This document shows positions 13,845-25,040 of a DNA stretch of 64,000 bases, one piece after another. Numbering within the stretch: the stretch's first letter is position 1; each line of letters begins with the position of its first letter. Origin of the DNA: Camelus ferus (taxonomy: Eukaryota); assembly GCF_009834535.1 (NCBI RefSeq), contig NC_045697.1, forward strand, positions 49,664,001 to 49,728,000, given 5' to 3'. The position numbers and the translations under genes were made by a program. The notes beneath the pieces were generated by a model, which searched no databases, was not told the origin of the DNA, and was given only the letters and a program-made list of their open reading frames with translations.

Positions 13845-13866
13845 TGACAAATGTCTTTTTATGTAG

Positions 13867-14002
13867 GTTTTCTCAGGAACTACAGTTAAAAGTACAGAAA
13901 GATGCCAGAAACATTTCTTTATCTAAAAAATCCCAAAGCAGAAAAAAGGAAAAGGAAAAAGATGATTCCTTAGGCGAAGAGAGAAAAACACTTGTGGTAC
14001 AG
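13867..14002 (+). CDS. CDKL2: CDKL2 coding exon ([16 protein letters not shown]...KTLVVQ), 136 nt
   Basis: atgtag| and CAG|gtaaat; phase 2 in, phase 0 out; Lys-rich segment. Confidence 0.93.
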
Positions 14003-14374
14003 GTAAATTTCCATGTTTTAATGCATATTAAATTTTAAATGTAATATATCCTTAAATTTGGGTGGGGGGCGAATAACAAAAATTTTAAAAGTTTCCTGAG
14101 TGGTTAACAAGTTAACTTTTAGCTTAGTTTTAAAAATGTATTTTCTCTGTAGGCACTGAGTGCCTACTGTGTACCAGCCTGTGCACCAGCCTCTGGAAGA
14201 GGGCTTGTCAGGAAACTGCACTATCCAAGAGCATTTAGACATGTGTGTGCACACCCGTATGCAAACACATGGACACAATACACACACATGCCATTTTTTT
14301 CCCTTAAATGATAGGAGGGAAAATATCATCTTTAGAATTTTATATAAAGTAGAGCATTTAAAAATTGAAATTTG

Positions 14375-14514
14375 AGGAAAGAGGCTATAGCTCAAGTGGC
14401 AGACTACATGCCTCGCATGCACAAGGTCCTGGATTAAATCCCCAGTATCTCCTCTAAAAAATAAATAAGTAAATAAATAAGTGAACCTAATTACCATCCC
14501 CCTAAAAAAAACAT
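14375..14514 (+). mobile_element. tRNA-derived SINE (Vic-1-like) with 14-bp TSD
   Basis: Similar to the 9115 copy; TSD aaaattga(a/g)atttg at 14361-14374 and 14515-14528. Confidence 0.88.
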
Positions 14515-14997
14515 AAAATTGAGATTTGGGTATTTAATTTGTTTGAAGTTTACTTTTGTTGGTAAGCTATCCAGAATCTGTTCTTGGTAAGATAATTCAA
14601 ATCAACCACCAGCCCACTCCCATTTTTCCCGAAGAAGAAAGAGCCCTGAATTTTGTGGTTCCCTGACTCTAAATATATGAGAACAAAAGCGAGCATGCTT
14701 GAGTCCTCTTCCATTTTTTTCCCACTGTAATATATATAAATTTGATAATGTGTATATATCATTAAATCTAATGTACATATCTTAGGGCTAGTATGAATTG
14801 CATTTTCATTCAAAATAAGATGTCTGACCGAGAATCCTGGGCTTTATTTTAATTCCAGGGGTAGAATAAGAAAAACAGGGGCACAAAAAGGTGGTATCTC
14901 TGATATTCTGCTTTAGTTGACAAGTACTTTATAGGGAGAGGTGATTTTTCATTCTCCTCAGATTATTAATATTACTAACATTTTTATTAATGGTCAG

Positions 14998-15296
14998 GAT
15001 TCCAATGCTGATCCCAAAATTAAGGATTCTAAAGTGTTTAAAATAAAAGGGTCAAAAATGGATGGAGAAAAGGTTGAAAAAGTCAGTCGAGTTTCCAATG
15101 CCAGCTGTCTCCACAACAACGTGACAAGCCACATCAAAACAGTGCCTTCCACGAGCCTCCGAGATTGCAGCAATGGCAGTGTGGACCACATGAGGAATCC
15201 AGGCACGGCAATTCCCCCACTTACACACAACCTTTCTGTAGTGGCTCCCGCTGTTAGTTCCGGAATGGGGACTATCCCAGGAGTTCAGAGTTACAG
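14998..15296 (+). CDS. CDKL2: CDKL2 coding exon ([10 protein letters not shown]...GVQSY), 299 nt
   Basis: TACTAAC branch point at 14973-14979, tcag| acceptor, CAG|gtatga donor; frame open. Confidence 0.92.
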
Positions 15297-15866
15297 GTAT
15301 GAGTTAGGAAAATAAGAACAAAATATTGCTTAAATTGCAAATATTTATCAAGTCAGGCCCATGTATTGTTACTCTCAGGCTTCTGGGTGCTATTTATTCT
15401 CGTCAGTTTGCTGCTTCAAATGACTTCTTGGCCCATGTGATGAAAATTATTAGCATTTGATCAAAAAATTTACCCGAGTCCTCAGGAAATAGGTTTGTAT
15501 TGTTTAAGTGAAGAGAATCTACAGCTATCTTGTCGAATAACACAAATGGATGTTGTCATAATAAAAGAGATAATTGGCTTTGAGGGTCTGTTGCCGCCTG
15601 GTGTGGCTGTGGGCATTTGGTAGTACAAAGAAGCTCCTTTTGGGAATTTCCTGAAAGGAGGGTAGTTTATTGGAGTTGAAGGCTGGGTGGGAGGCATGAG
15701 GGTAGGGGTAAAAGGACAGAATGTTTCACCAGATCCATGAGCATTTAGGACTAGGCACTAAATTCTGATTAAACTGCATATCCTGTGGTGTTGGGTCATT
15801 TGATTTTGGGCTTGAAAAAAAAATTACTGCTGGTCCTAATATAAATTTTTGTTGTTTTTGTTACAG

Positions 15867-15960
15867 AATGGATGAGAAAGCCAAGAAGTATTGTATTCCA
15901 TTTGTTAAACCAAATAAACAGTCTCCATCAGGCATTTATAATATTAGTGTGACCACATCG
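15867..15960 (+). CDS. CDKL2: CDKL2 coding exon ([32 protein letters not shown]), 94 nt
   Basis: ttacag| and |gtaagt; phase 2 in, phase 0 out. Confidence 0.92.
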
Positions 15961-16569
15961 GTAAGTGAACTGTTCTCAGTAGCAGAAGAGCAAGCATTAT
16001 TTCTAGATTTTTATTAATATTAAATATGATAGTGAAGAACTGAATATTTTATTTGGAGACATATCATAAAGTGGAAAGTCAGTGATGCAGATATCATCGC
16101 AGCCTGTCAACATCATAAATGTGAAAGTCTTAAAGTTTAAGTTTTATGGAGTTTTTTAAGTCCAGAAGTTTAAATATAAGACTAACTATAAGTTACTATT
16201 AAAATGACATCTGTTTTAATTTTTTAGTAATGGCAAATTTTTGTAACCTAAGGCTTAGTAATCAGTTCTTTTTTTAGATTAGGTGAGAAGACAAATTGTC
16301 TCATCTCACCCACACTAGGTTTTTGGTGGAAGTATTCTATTTATTCATTTAACAAATATTTATTGATTATCTATTATGTGTAAGACACTGGAGATGAATA
16401 AGTCCGTCTTTCTTTCAAGGAGGTCATGGTCTAGTACAGAATCAACAAATCAGAACCTAGTGTGAGATTGCAGTAGCAGAAGCACATACAAGCTTCAGAG
16501 ATTTGAAGGTTCAGAAGAGCATTATTATGTTCAACATAGCTGTTAGTACGTTTCTTTTTAAAGTTTAGT

Positions 16570-16965
16570 TGAATCATTATTGGTCTTTCACTCAAAACCC
16601 TCCATTGGCTTCTCACCTCTGAGTAAAGACCGAAGTGCTTACAGAGCCCGTTAGTCCCTTGCCTCACCCCTGCCCCCTCCATCCCTCTGCCCCACCCTGG
16701 CTACTCTCATTTTTGGTCACTCTATTCCAACCACATTGGTTTCCTTGTTATTCCTGGAACATGGCCAAACACGCCCCCACATGTGGGTATTTACACTTGC
16801 TGTTTCTTCTATTTTAGAGCATTCTTTCCCCAGATAATCCAAAGAATTTGCTTTTTTCCTCCTTCACTGCATGAAAGGGATTTGTGCTTATTGTTTCCCC
16901 TACTGCTCTGCCCTATTACTAGAACAGTGTGTAGTGCGTTGAAACTGCTTAAGGAAGGTGGTGAA
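16570..16965 (+). mobile_element. L2 LINE remnant
   Basis: ctcaaaaccctccattggcttctcacctctgagtaaagacc... is a characteristic L2 3' segment. Confidence 0.65.
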
Positions 16966-18719
16966 TGGATTCTTCTGCCAGGGAGGGGAAGGTATGGATG
17001 TATTCCCAAAGGAGTATTTTTCTCACAAATTTCCCTTCTCTATCTCCCTCATTATCCTCAGATTTGAAAAATACAGCCTTCTCTTCATATCTACCACGAT
17101 TTAGGCATCACATTTGTTTTTCTTTTAATTGTTCTTAACCTGTAACTTCTGTACCCATAGTACTTTCCTTTTTGATATACCTTACTGGTTCATTTGTGGA
17201 TATTTTTGCATTTTACATTCTTGGTCTGCTTTGGAAGATTATTTTGATCAGCAAAACTTTTCACAGCTGGCTCAATACCATTTTTCTGGAATCGATATCC
17301 GCCTTCTTTTAGGCATTGCATAATCAACGCTGGCTGATAATTGTAGATCTTATTTCTGTTTATCCTTCTTTGGAACAGGCAATCAAGAAAGGAGGTAAAG
17401 ATTAGTGGGGAAAGGTCCACTGGAGTCTTTCCTTAGTGAAGATTAATGGAGGCAGAGCTAAGCCTAAACTTTTTTCAACTTGGTGGAATATCAATATCCC
17501 TTTCTCATGCTTTGTGCCCTGATTCTGAGATGTGAATAAACATGTTATTATAAATATCTCTTACGTATTTTACTTGTCATTCTTGGCATATATAAATCTA
17601 GTAGTTTGGAGTCATTATTTTAATTTTTTTGTACTTGTGGAGAGCTTTTTTTAAATTATTTTATTTTGTAGCTGATTTGAACCAAGAGGCTTAGCACTTA
17701 TTCTATTAAAAGAGCAAGTAGAAACACCCAAAAGAAAGAAACTTAAAAGCTCACTATAGGACTCCTGAAGACTTTCTGAGAAGCAGAGTGACAGAATGCA
17801 CAGATGTTAAACTCGAGGCATCAAGAACCTCAGTGGCTTAACACTGTTAGATGTCTTTGTGTGTATATTTCAGTATACCTACATGTATGTGTATATACAT
17901 GGATGTACATGTGATTTCATTATACATAAGTGGTTTTTGTTTTGGCAAATCATGTAGTCTCTCTGTGTATCATCTGTTTTGAAGATGTGGAAATGAATAT
18001 AGCGTTTCTGTGATTCTCAAATGAAGCAGGTTGGGAAAATGTCAAGTTCACAAAGGTGCAGAACTGAAGTGCTACTAGGCTTCTCTTTATTATTTTTTCA
18101 GGCTTTATCAAGTATGAAGTAATAATACTAAGAAAGATCAGGAGAATAACTGAAGTTACAATTTTTTTACTTAATAAACTATTTCTAGGAAGATAATACC
18201 ATTTGCTAACTCTGAGGAGTAAGGCAAAGACAATTAACTATAGAAAAGAGAGTAACAAGGTTATTATTGGGAAGGTGAAAACCAAGGTAGGAGATGTGAT
18301 ATACACGATGAGATGACTGTTGTCTTTGACTATTCAAAACTCAGGTGGCAATAGCAACTGTGTGCTGAAACGCGCAGCAAGTGTCCTAAGGCCTGACCTT
18401 GCTGGCCTGAGAGCCCAAGACATTGATGCCCACCTTCTAACCTTTACTGCTCACAGGACTTACACTGAAGGTTGGCAGAGGGAGAGGGAGAAACTCATAG
18501 CAACCCAGCTGTCCACCTATTAGCAATTTTAATAAATTCAATGAGGAAAAGATTTGAAATAATTGGATGAAATTGTTTTATATGTTAATAATGTTCTTGA
18601 AATTTTGTATTAGTTTGGCTTTTCAATTCCATACATTTAAGGATATGAACATAGTAGTTACAAAAAGGGGCAAGCTTACCCGGAAGCTAATTCATTTGTG
18701 TTAACCATTCTGATATTAG

Positions 18720-18843
18720 GTTGCTAGTGAAAAGACCCTGCTGCAGGCAAGTAAGAAAAGAAGGGACTACTCAAAGACAGATGTCCGCTTGCCTGAGCTA
18801 AACTATAATCATCTCCCTGAACTAAGAGCCTTGGAAGGCATCG
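18720..18843 (+). CDS. CDKL2: CDKL2 coding exon ([41 protein letters not shown]), 124 nt, long-isoform exon
   Basis: ttag| and G|gtatgt; open frame; resembles the CDKL2 long-isoform C-terminus as I recall it. Confidence 0.88.
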
Positions 18844-19077
18844 GTATGTTTTAATGCTTTTACTTTTTCAGCCCTTTTGTTTACAGTATTTAAAATGTAT
18901 ACTAAATAAACTAATAGAATTTTGAAAGTAAAAATTCATAGTAACTTTACATATTTAAGTATGTAAATATGTACAGACTTAGGTACAATAAGTACATCCT
19001 GAGGGACAGATACAGAATGTGAAAAACTAACAAAAATGTCTGATTTTCTCACTGTGTTTATGGTTATTTTTACCTAG

Positions 19078-19184
19078 CTCGAAATTCCAGGTTAATAAGG
19101 AGAGAGAACAAAAATCTTTCAGAATCTCGAATTCCTTCTCTGGCCACTATTGACTTGCACGCCCCCAGTATCGCATTACATCAG
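19078..19184 (+). CDS. CDKL2: CDKL2 coding exon ([36 protein letters not shown]), 107 nt, long-isoform exon
   Basis: cctag| and CAG|gtacag; restores phase 0. Confidence 0.88.
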
Positions 19185-21850
19185 GTACAGAAATACTCTG
19201 TGGGTTGCGTGGAACCTGGGTCTCTCTCATACTTCTTATTCAGATATCTTTGGGAGAGTTTGCTCTTAAGGATTCGGCAGGTTCGTTAGTGGGGTCTATG
19301 AAACTTTGCTTGTTAAATTTTGTTTTATGGTTCATCGCACTTAACACCTTTATTACATAAACACCTCCCAGCCTACAGCAATCAGTTTTTTATAGATGAA
19401 AAAATGATGTGTGTGTGTTTGTATAGCCTAGCTATGGCTTTTATGTAACTGTAGGCTTTATGGTAGTTTATAGTATTTCAGTCCATTAATACCAAGGTTA
19501 TAACCAACCTATCTTTCAAAGAGTGAAACTCTGGAATTGTTGTTATTCGTTAAAAATGTGTTGTCTGTTTGACACTTGTCTCCAGGACAATCCATTCTAT
19601 CTGTGCTAAAGATTTTTCTATTACAAATAGTCATCTCTAGAAAAAAGTAATTTCTCTTATCTCTTCAGAGTATGTACGTTTCTGCTACTTTTACACCCAC
19701 AGTCACAGCACTAAGAAAGCTGGCAGACGCTTTAACCTCCTGAGCCGTCCATAGCGAGCCGCAGGCTTGGGGTATGTGTCGCTGAGCTTCCACTTTACCT
19801 CCTTAGACAGATCTCTCACCTTTGCTTGATGCTAGACAACTTTTGTTTTGGGATTTAATTCCCCAGCTTTATTGTTTAAGTATTTCCATTTCATACACAA
19901 CCCCTGTATGTTGCCTCCTTCTCTATGTGGATGCCTTTTCCTACTGGTACCCCTTAAATAATTTTGTAGAGCTCTGCAAACAAGGGGAACAGTATTGTTG
20001 AGGATGACAAATTACAGAGGCAGTTGCCCAGTGATACTGAAAACAAGTATTGACCTGTGTTGCTTTGCCTCATCTCTTGCTGCCAATTTTGGTAGCAACA
20101 CCCTCCAAGCTAAACAAATTCCTGCTGTGTGAAGATTAATCGCTGTCACAGATTTTGCATTTAGGAACTACAGAGTCTCAATAAATTCCTTGTATGCTTC
20201 TAAGTTTATATTCAGCGTGGATTTTAAAGGTGCAGAATTTTCCACTTGCTCTTTGTGACAAGTGCACTATTGTTCAAAAACACTTTGCAAGGTTGACATA
20301 ACGAAATCTTGTTTCATGTAGTAGAAGAAAGTCTTTGGCTGCCTTTACACTTCTTCAATATTTTTATTTGTCCTTCTGAACTAATCCTCTTATATTTATA
20401 AGCTGGTTCTGCATTTTTACTCTCAGTTTACTTGCTCAATTTCCATTTGTATTTAAAACACGATAAAAGAGAAGGTAGGTGTAGCAAAAAATACATTTAA
20501 CGCCAAGATAATACGCACTTATGTGTGGAAAATCTAAGTGGGAGGAGAAACCACTGAAGACTGAAAGCAAAAGGCCTCTGGCAGAGGCTGCGACCTGCCT
20601 TGCACTCTTTCTTCATGGTGTCCATCGATACATCAAACTACATTTTGTTTCTGAACATAACACAAACATTTTCATGTTTATAAAAGTCTGTTATGTACCT
20701 TCCGGAACAGTCTGTAAGACAGAGTTTTGTAAGTAAAGTATTGCAAAGTCCGTGGACTTTGTCCCCACCCTCTGCATGCTTACACATGCTATGTACCTAC
20801 ATGCATAGCTACACATTTTTTCCTCTAAGCACTGTTTTCTTCATCCCACAAATTTTGATAACATCTGAGCCACCTCAGGATTGATATCTGTTGATTGCTT
20901 TTCCCTTTAGAATTAATCACACTTTACTGGATATTTTTATGTCCAGTACTTTTGGATTGTATTTCGGATGTTGTAAATGTTGTATTGTGTAGCCTCTGGG
21001 TCTTGTTATAATTCTCAGGAGAATGTTGAAAATTTTGTTTTAGTAGGCAGTCACCCAAATTTTGTTTACACTGTAATTTTTGCCTTACCTTCGGTGAGAG
21101 GTGGTTTAAATCTCAAGTCTCTAGGTCTCTGTAATCCTAGTTTGCATCTGTCCTGCCTTTGTGTAGTTCAGTGGTTGTAAGGTGATTCAAGTCTCATTCA
21201 GTTCTCTAAGCCTCTTGTTTGGAGCAGTCCTGTGCGTGCATCCCTCAGGAACTGGACTGAGACTTCTGTGGGTTTCTACACAGAATCAGAGGCTCTCCTC
21301 TAGTTCTCCTCCCTCCAGAATTCCCCCCATATTTCAACCTGCACGGATTCCTTTTCCTGGTTTCTCTGTCTACAAAGATGGGGTTCCTTTCAGATGTTTA
21401 GCTTTGTGCACTTCCTCACTACTCTGAGAATGGGGCTGGCCTTTGGGCAAAGTCACAGAACTGAAAAAATTAACAAAATTAGAAGCCCACGCCCATGAGA
21501 AGGGTTATATCTCCAAGTTTTGACTCTTTCCCTTAATCCTGTTTTTTGTGGGTTTTTTTTTTTTTTGTTATTTTTGTCAAAGAGTTTCGCTTTGTTTTTG
21601 GTAATAGGTAGGAGACATGGCTTGTAGTGAGTGTACATTGCCCTGGGGCATCGGAAGTATCTCTTTAATGTCTGTGTCAACAAAGGGGTAAAAAATTAAG
21701 AAGCCCTTACCTCATCTCCCTCTGTGTAAGCAAACTGAGCTATAAATAGTTGATTCTAATCATCTGATACTAGAACAAGAATTTGGATTTGGGGAGAGTA
21801 GGACTTTTAGAATTACTGTGAATCTGTAATGCTCAATGATTAACTTTTAG

Positions 21851-21916
21851 GTATCAGGATCTCCCCCGTCAGATGATTCGGAGGCTGATTTTCCTCGAAT
21901 GGAACACCACCACTGA
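21851..21916 (+). CDS. CDKL2: CDKL2 last coding segment VSGSPPSDDSEADFPRMEHHH*; exon continues to 21939
   Basis: ttttag| acceptor, TGA at 21914-21916, donor CTGG|gtaggt at 21940. Confidence 0.92.
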   Translation, partial: VSGSPPSDDSEADFPRMEHHH

Positions 21917-22912
21917 GTGTCATTTTGATTCTGAACTGGGTAGGTCTGATTTCTCACACTTAAAGCTGTGTAACTTTTCATGGGGAATATTTTGTAGCTT
22001 GTTGAAGACCAAATTCTGCAGCTGAAACATTCTGGAATGATTGATTCCATGAGAACTCCTGATAGACAAAGAGTTGTACCACTTAAAAAAACAGAAGTAG
22101 CATTTGTCTCTGGGATGAAATCCCTTTTTATAGAGTTTACATCTCTTGCTTTTAAACTGATCTCCTGTATTTTGTTAGATACAGTAATGTGAATTTAGAG
22201 TGGCAAGTGCTTCAGAAGGATATATACTTATCTCCCATATCAGTCTTTTGCCCTTTGGGCTTGTAAAGCAAGAGAGATTAAATGATTGCTTGGTAATCTT
22301 TTTTCCCAGTGAAGAGGGATTAGCGCTATACCAAATGATTGCCTTCCTTTTAAATATAACTTTTTAGTACTAAAAAACAATGACTCAGACGAGTCATTCA
22401 AAATTTCATATCTTATTAACTCTGTGAAATGTGTTGATAATAAAAACCTGCATTCTCATAACTGTGTTGTTGAAACTAATCTGTTAACCTCCACAACACA
22501 TTTTGAATGTCTGTGACATCAAATATGAATTTGCTGTGAAGTAAACAAATTTTAAGTTTTAATTTCTCATGTTTACAGGTCCCTTCCAAGGCCCTAGTAG
22601 AAGTCATTGCAATGCATTCATTTTACATACTGTATAACCGCAAGGTCTATAAAACTTCGATCTATTTTGTCAAAATTAGTCATTATTTACATAAAAGGAA
22701 ATGTCTTGCTACACATGATAGTTTTGGTGGGTAATTATGCTGAAGATGGCCTTTAAAATCTTGTTTTTGATACATATGATCTAAGGTTTTCTTAGATTGT
22801 GGAATACTTACCAATATTATCAATATACAGCGTGAGAAAGCAAGTGAGGTAGGAATCAATTTCTAGGGAGATTCTATGTAAACTGGTGGCAAATATCCCC
22901 CCTTGCTTTTAG

Positions 22913-25040
22913 ATGCTGCTCTAGCACTTGAGATGACATCCTTTTGCAGCAGAAGTGCTGATATCCTAGAAGAGATGCATGATTTTGAGCATTTACTTCT
23001 GAATTGTCTGCATTTTCCGAGAAGGGCCTTGAAGGAGAAGAAAAGACAGACTTCTGAGTGTTTCAAAGGAACCTCGAACAACTGTCCCTTCCCAATTGTT
23101 ATCCCATCCCGTCACCTGCAAGTCCACTGATACAATTTCAAGATATAGCCAATGGAAGAATAGTGATAGGTTTCTTGTTTACATGAATGTATATTTACTA
23201 TTAGTAGGTTGTATATTTAAAGTGATTTAAAAAAGGGAGAAAGAGATAAGCATTTAGAAGGTCATTTATACATTGAACCTCATGTGTTATCTGTATAAAC
23301 GTATACATTTATTTGGGAGTGGATTTGGTGGAGGTAGGTGGTAAAAAGTAAAATCAGTTGAAGAAAATGAAAAGAACTAGGATCAGTAAGAGAAAATACT
23401 TTCCTTACCCTAATTTAACTGTAAAACACATTTAAAAATCTTGCTTGTTTCTAGGTGTTAAGGAGATTTGTAACTGCTCTCTATGGATAGATGTGTATCT
23501 TTGGTTTCTGTGATTATTGTTGTTTAATCAGTGTTATTGTGGGAATCTGGCCTCTCTGCTGATCTTCTAAGAACCACACTAATGCAAATTTTGCAAAGAA
23601 ACCTTTTATTTCTAATGACCTAGTATGACTCTGGCATTGGGTAGTCCTCTGTTTTGTAAGATTCTGGTGCTAATGTTCCTATGTGTAGGAACGTTACTGG
23701 AACAAGAATGGGGACAGAGAATTTTGTAAGTCTGCCTTGGAGCTGAGTACTGTGCTTCTCATGGGAAAAAGAGGAACACACACCTTAGGAGATGGAAACA
23801 GCGTTACCAACTGACTAGGGCTGATCACTCTTCTGTGGGCCAATTGCTCTGGAAGTCTCCAGCTGAAAAGGCGTTGGGGAGGGAATGCCCACTGTTTTGG
23901 ACTTCACTCTTGTCTCCTGAGAGCTTGAAGGTGTGTTGCACAGAACCCAGAGATGTTCCTGTCTCCTGTTTTCTCAGACACTTAAGCCTTCCCCAAAGCT
24001 TTTCACCAAGGTGCAAAATCATTTCCCTGCAGCCCACACATCTTTTCTAATGCACTAGTTCACAACTTTTACATGGAAGAGTTAAACCAGCTGGACTCCA
24101 GGTTTTGGGTTTCTGGGTTTTAAGACATGCTCTGCATTTATCATCTTAGAGAATGGTTGTTCAGGGGACCAGAATCTGTGTGGACTTATTTTGCCTTAAC
24201 CAATTAACAGTGTATTTTTTCCAAAAGGCTTTGAGGAGAACTTAGCCCCCAGATTTAACTAGCAGTTTTCTCTGTTACTCTAAGGAGCTTAATACTGAAA
24301 TTCTGACTTTAGACACTCAAGCTTCAAAAGGACATTCCAGAGGAGGCAAAATAAGGGGCTCCAATGTGGATTCTATAGGTGGTTCAACTAAAATTTCACC
24401 TTGATTTTGAGACTCTGTCTTTAGCCTCTGACCAGATGTTTGACTAGATTGGTGCGGCTAATGTACTGAACAAAATTAGTGTATAGGTAGTAATAGGCTT
24501 CATATTAAAATGCTATTGTTTTATTTTTATTTTGAAAAATATTGCCAGCAGACTGTACAGCATGGAAAGCAGGCAATACTTAGAAGCCAAGTGTTTCTCC
24601 AGTTTATTTCAATGTTATTTTTATTTAAGATCAGTCTGAAAATATCACTTCACTGTCTGAGAGTCTAAGATCAGTTACCTTCTCATTTCTGTGTTTGCTT
24701 TTGATATTTTTTGTTTACTAAAACATTTTGTGAACTTTAGAATTACAGAACTAAAAATGATTTACTGTGAGTCCACGTTGAGACTTGAGAACCATATCTG
24801 GTTAGAACCTTGGCAGAACTCCTTGAAAAAGAAGATTTTGCAAATTGGAGCCATAGATACTGAAGCAAAAGAATCCCTTTTCTCAGTTTAAGGTTACTTT
24901 GCTTTGTCTCACTTTACAAGGATATGATTAAGCCACTTACTAATAGGAAATATGTGTATGTACTGGTTGGGGGAAATGAGCTTGCTATGTGTGTATGTAT
25001 CTTTTAAAATTAATAAATATTATATCTTACTGAGCTCCAT
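22913..25040 (+). other. CDKL2: CDKL2 non-coding terminal exon (3'UTR); end approximate
   Basis: ccccccttgcttttag| acceptor at 22912; AATAAA at 25012-25017 followed by T-rich sequence. Confidence 0.65.
25012..25017 (+). terminator. Candidate CDKL2 polyadenylation signal AATAAA
   Basis: Canonical hexamer about 2.1 kb into the terminal exon with downstream ggtttttat. Confidence 0.55.

Noticed and set aside
13428..13850. 140-aa ORF with Cys/His motif
   Set aside because: L1 ORF2 C-terminus of a 5'-truncated element, not a host gene.
22903..23130. 75-aa ORF at the start of the CDKL2 terminal exon
   Set aside because: Lies after the CDKL2 stop, has a TTG start overlapping the acceptor, and no evidence of coding.
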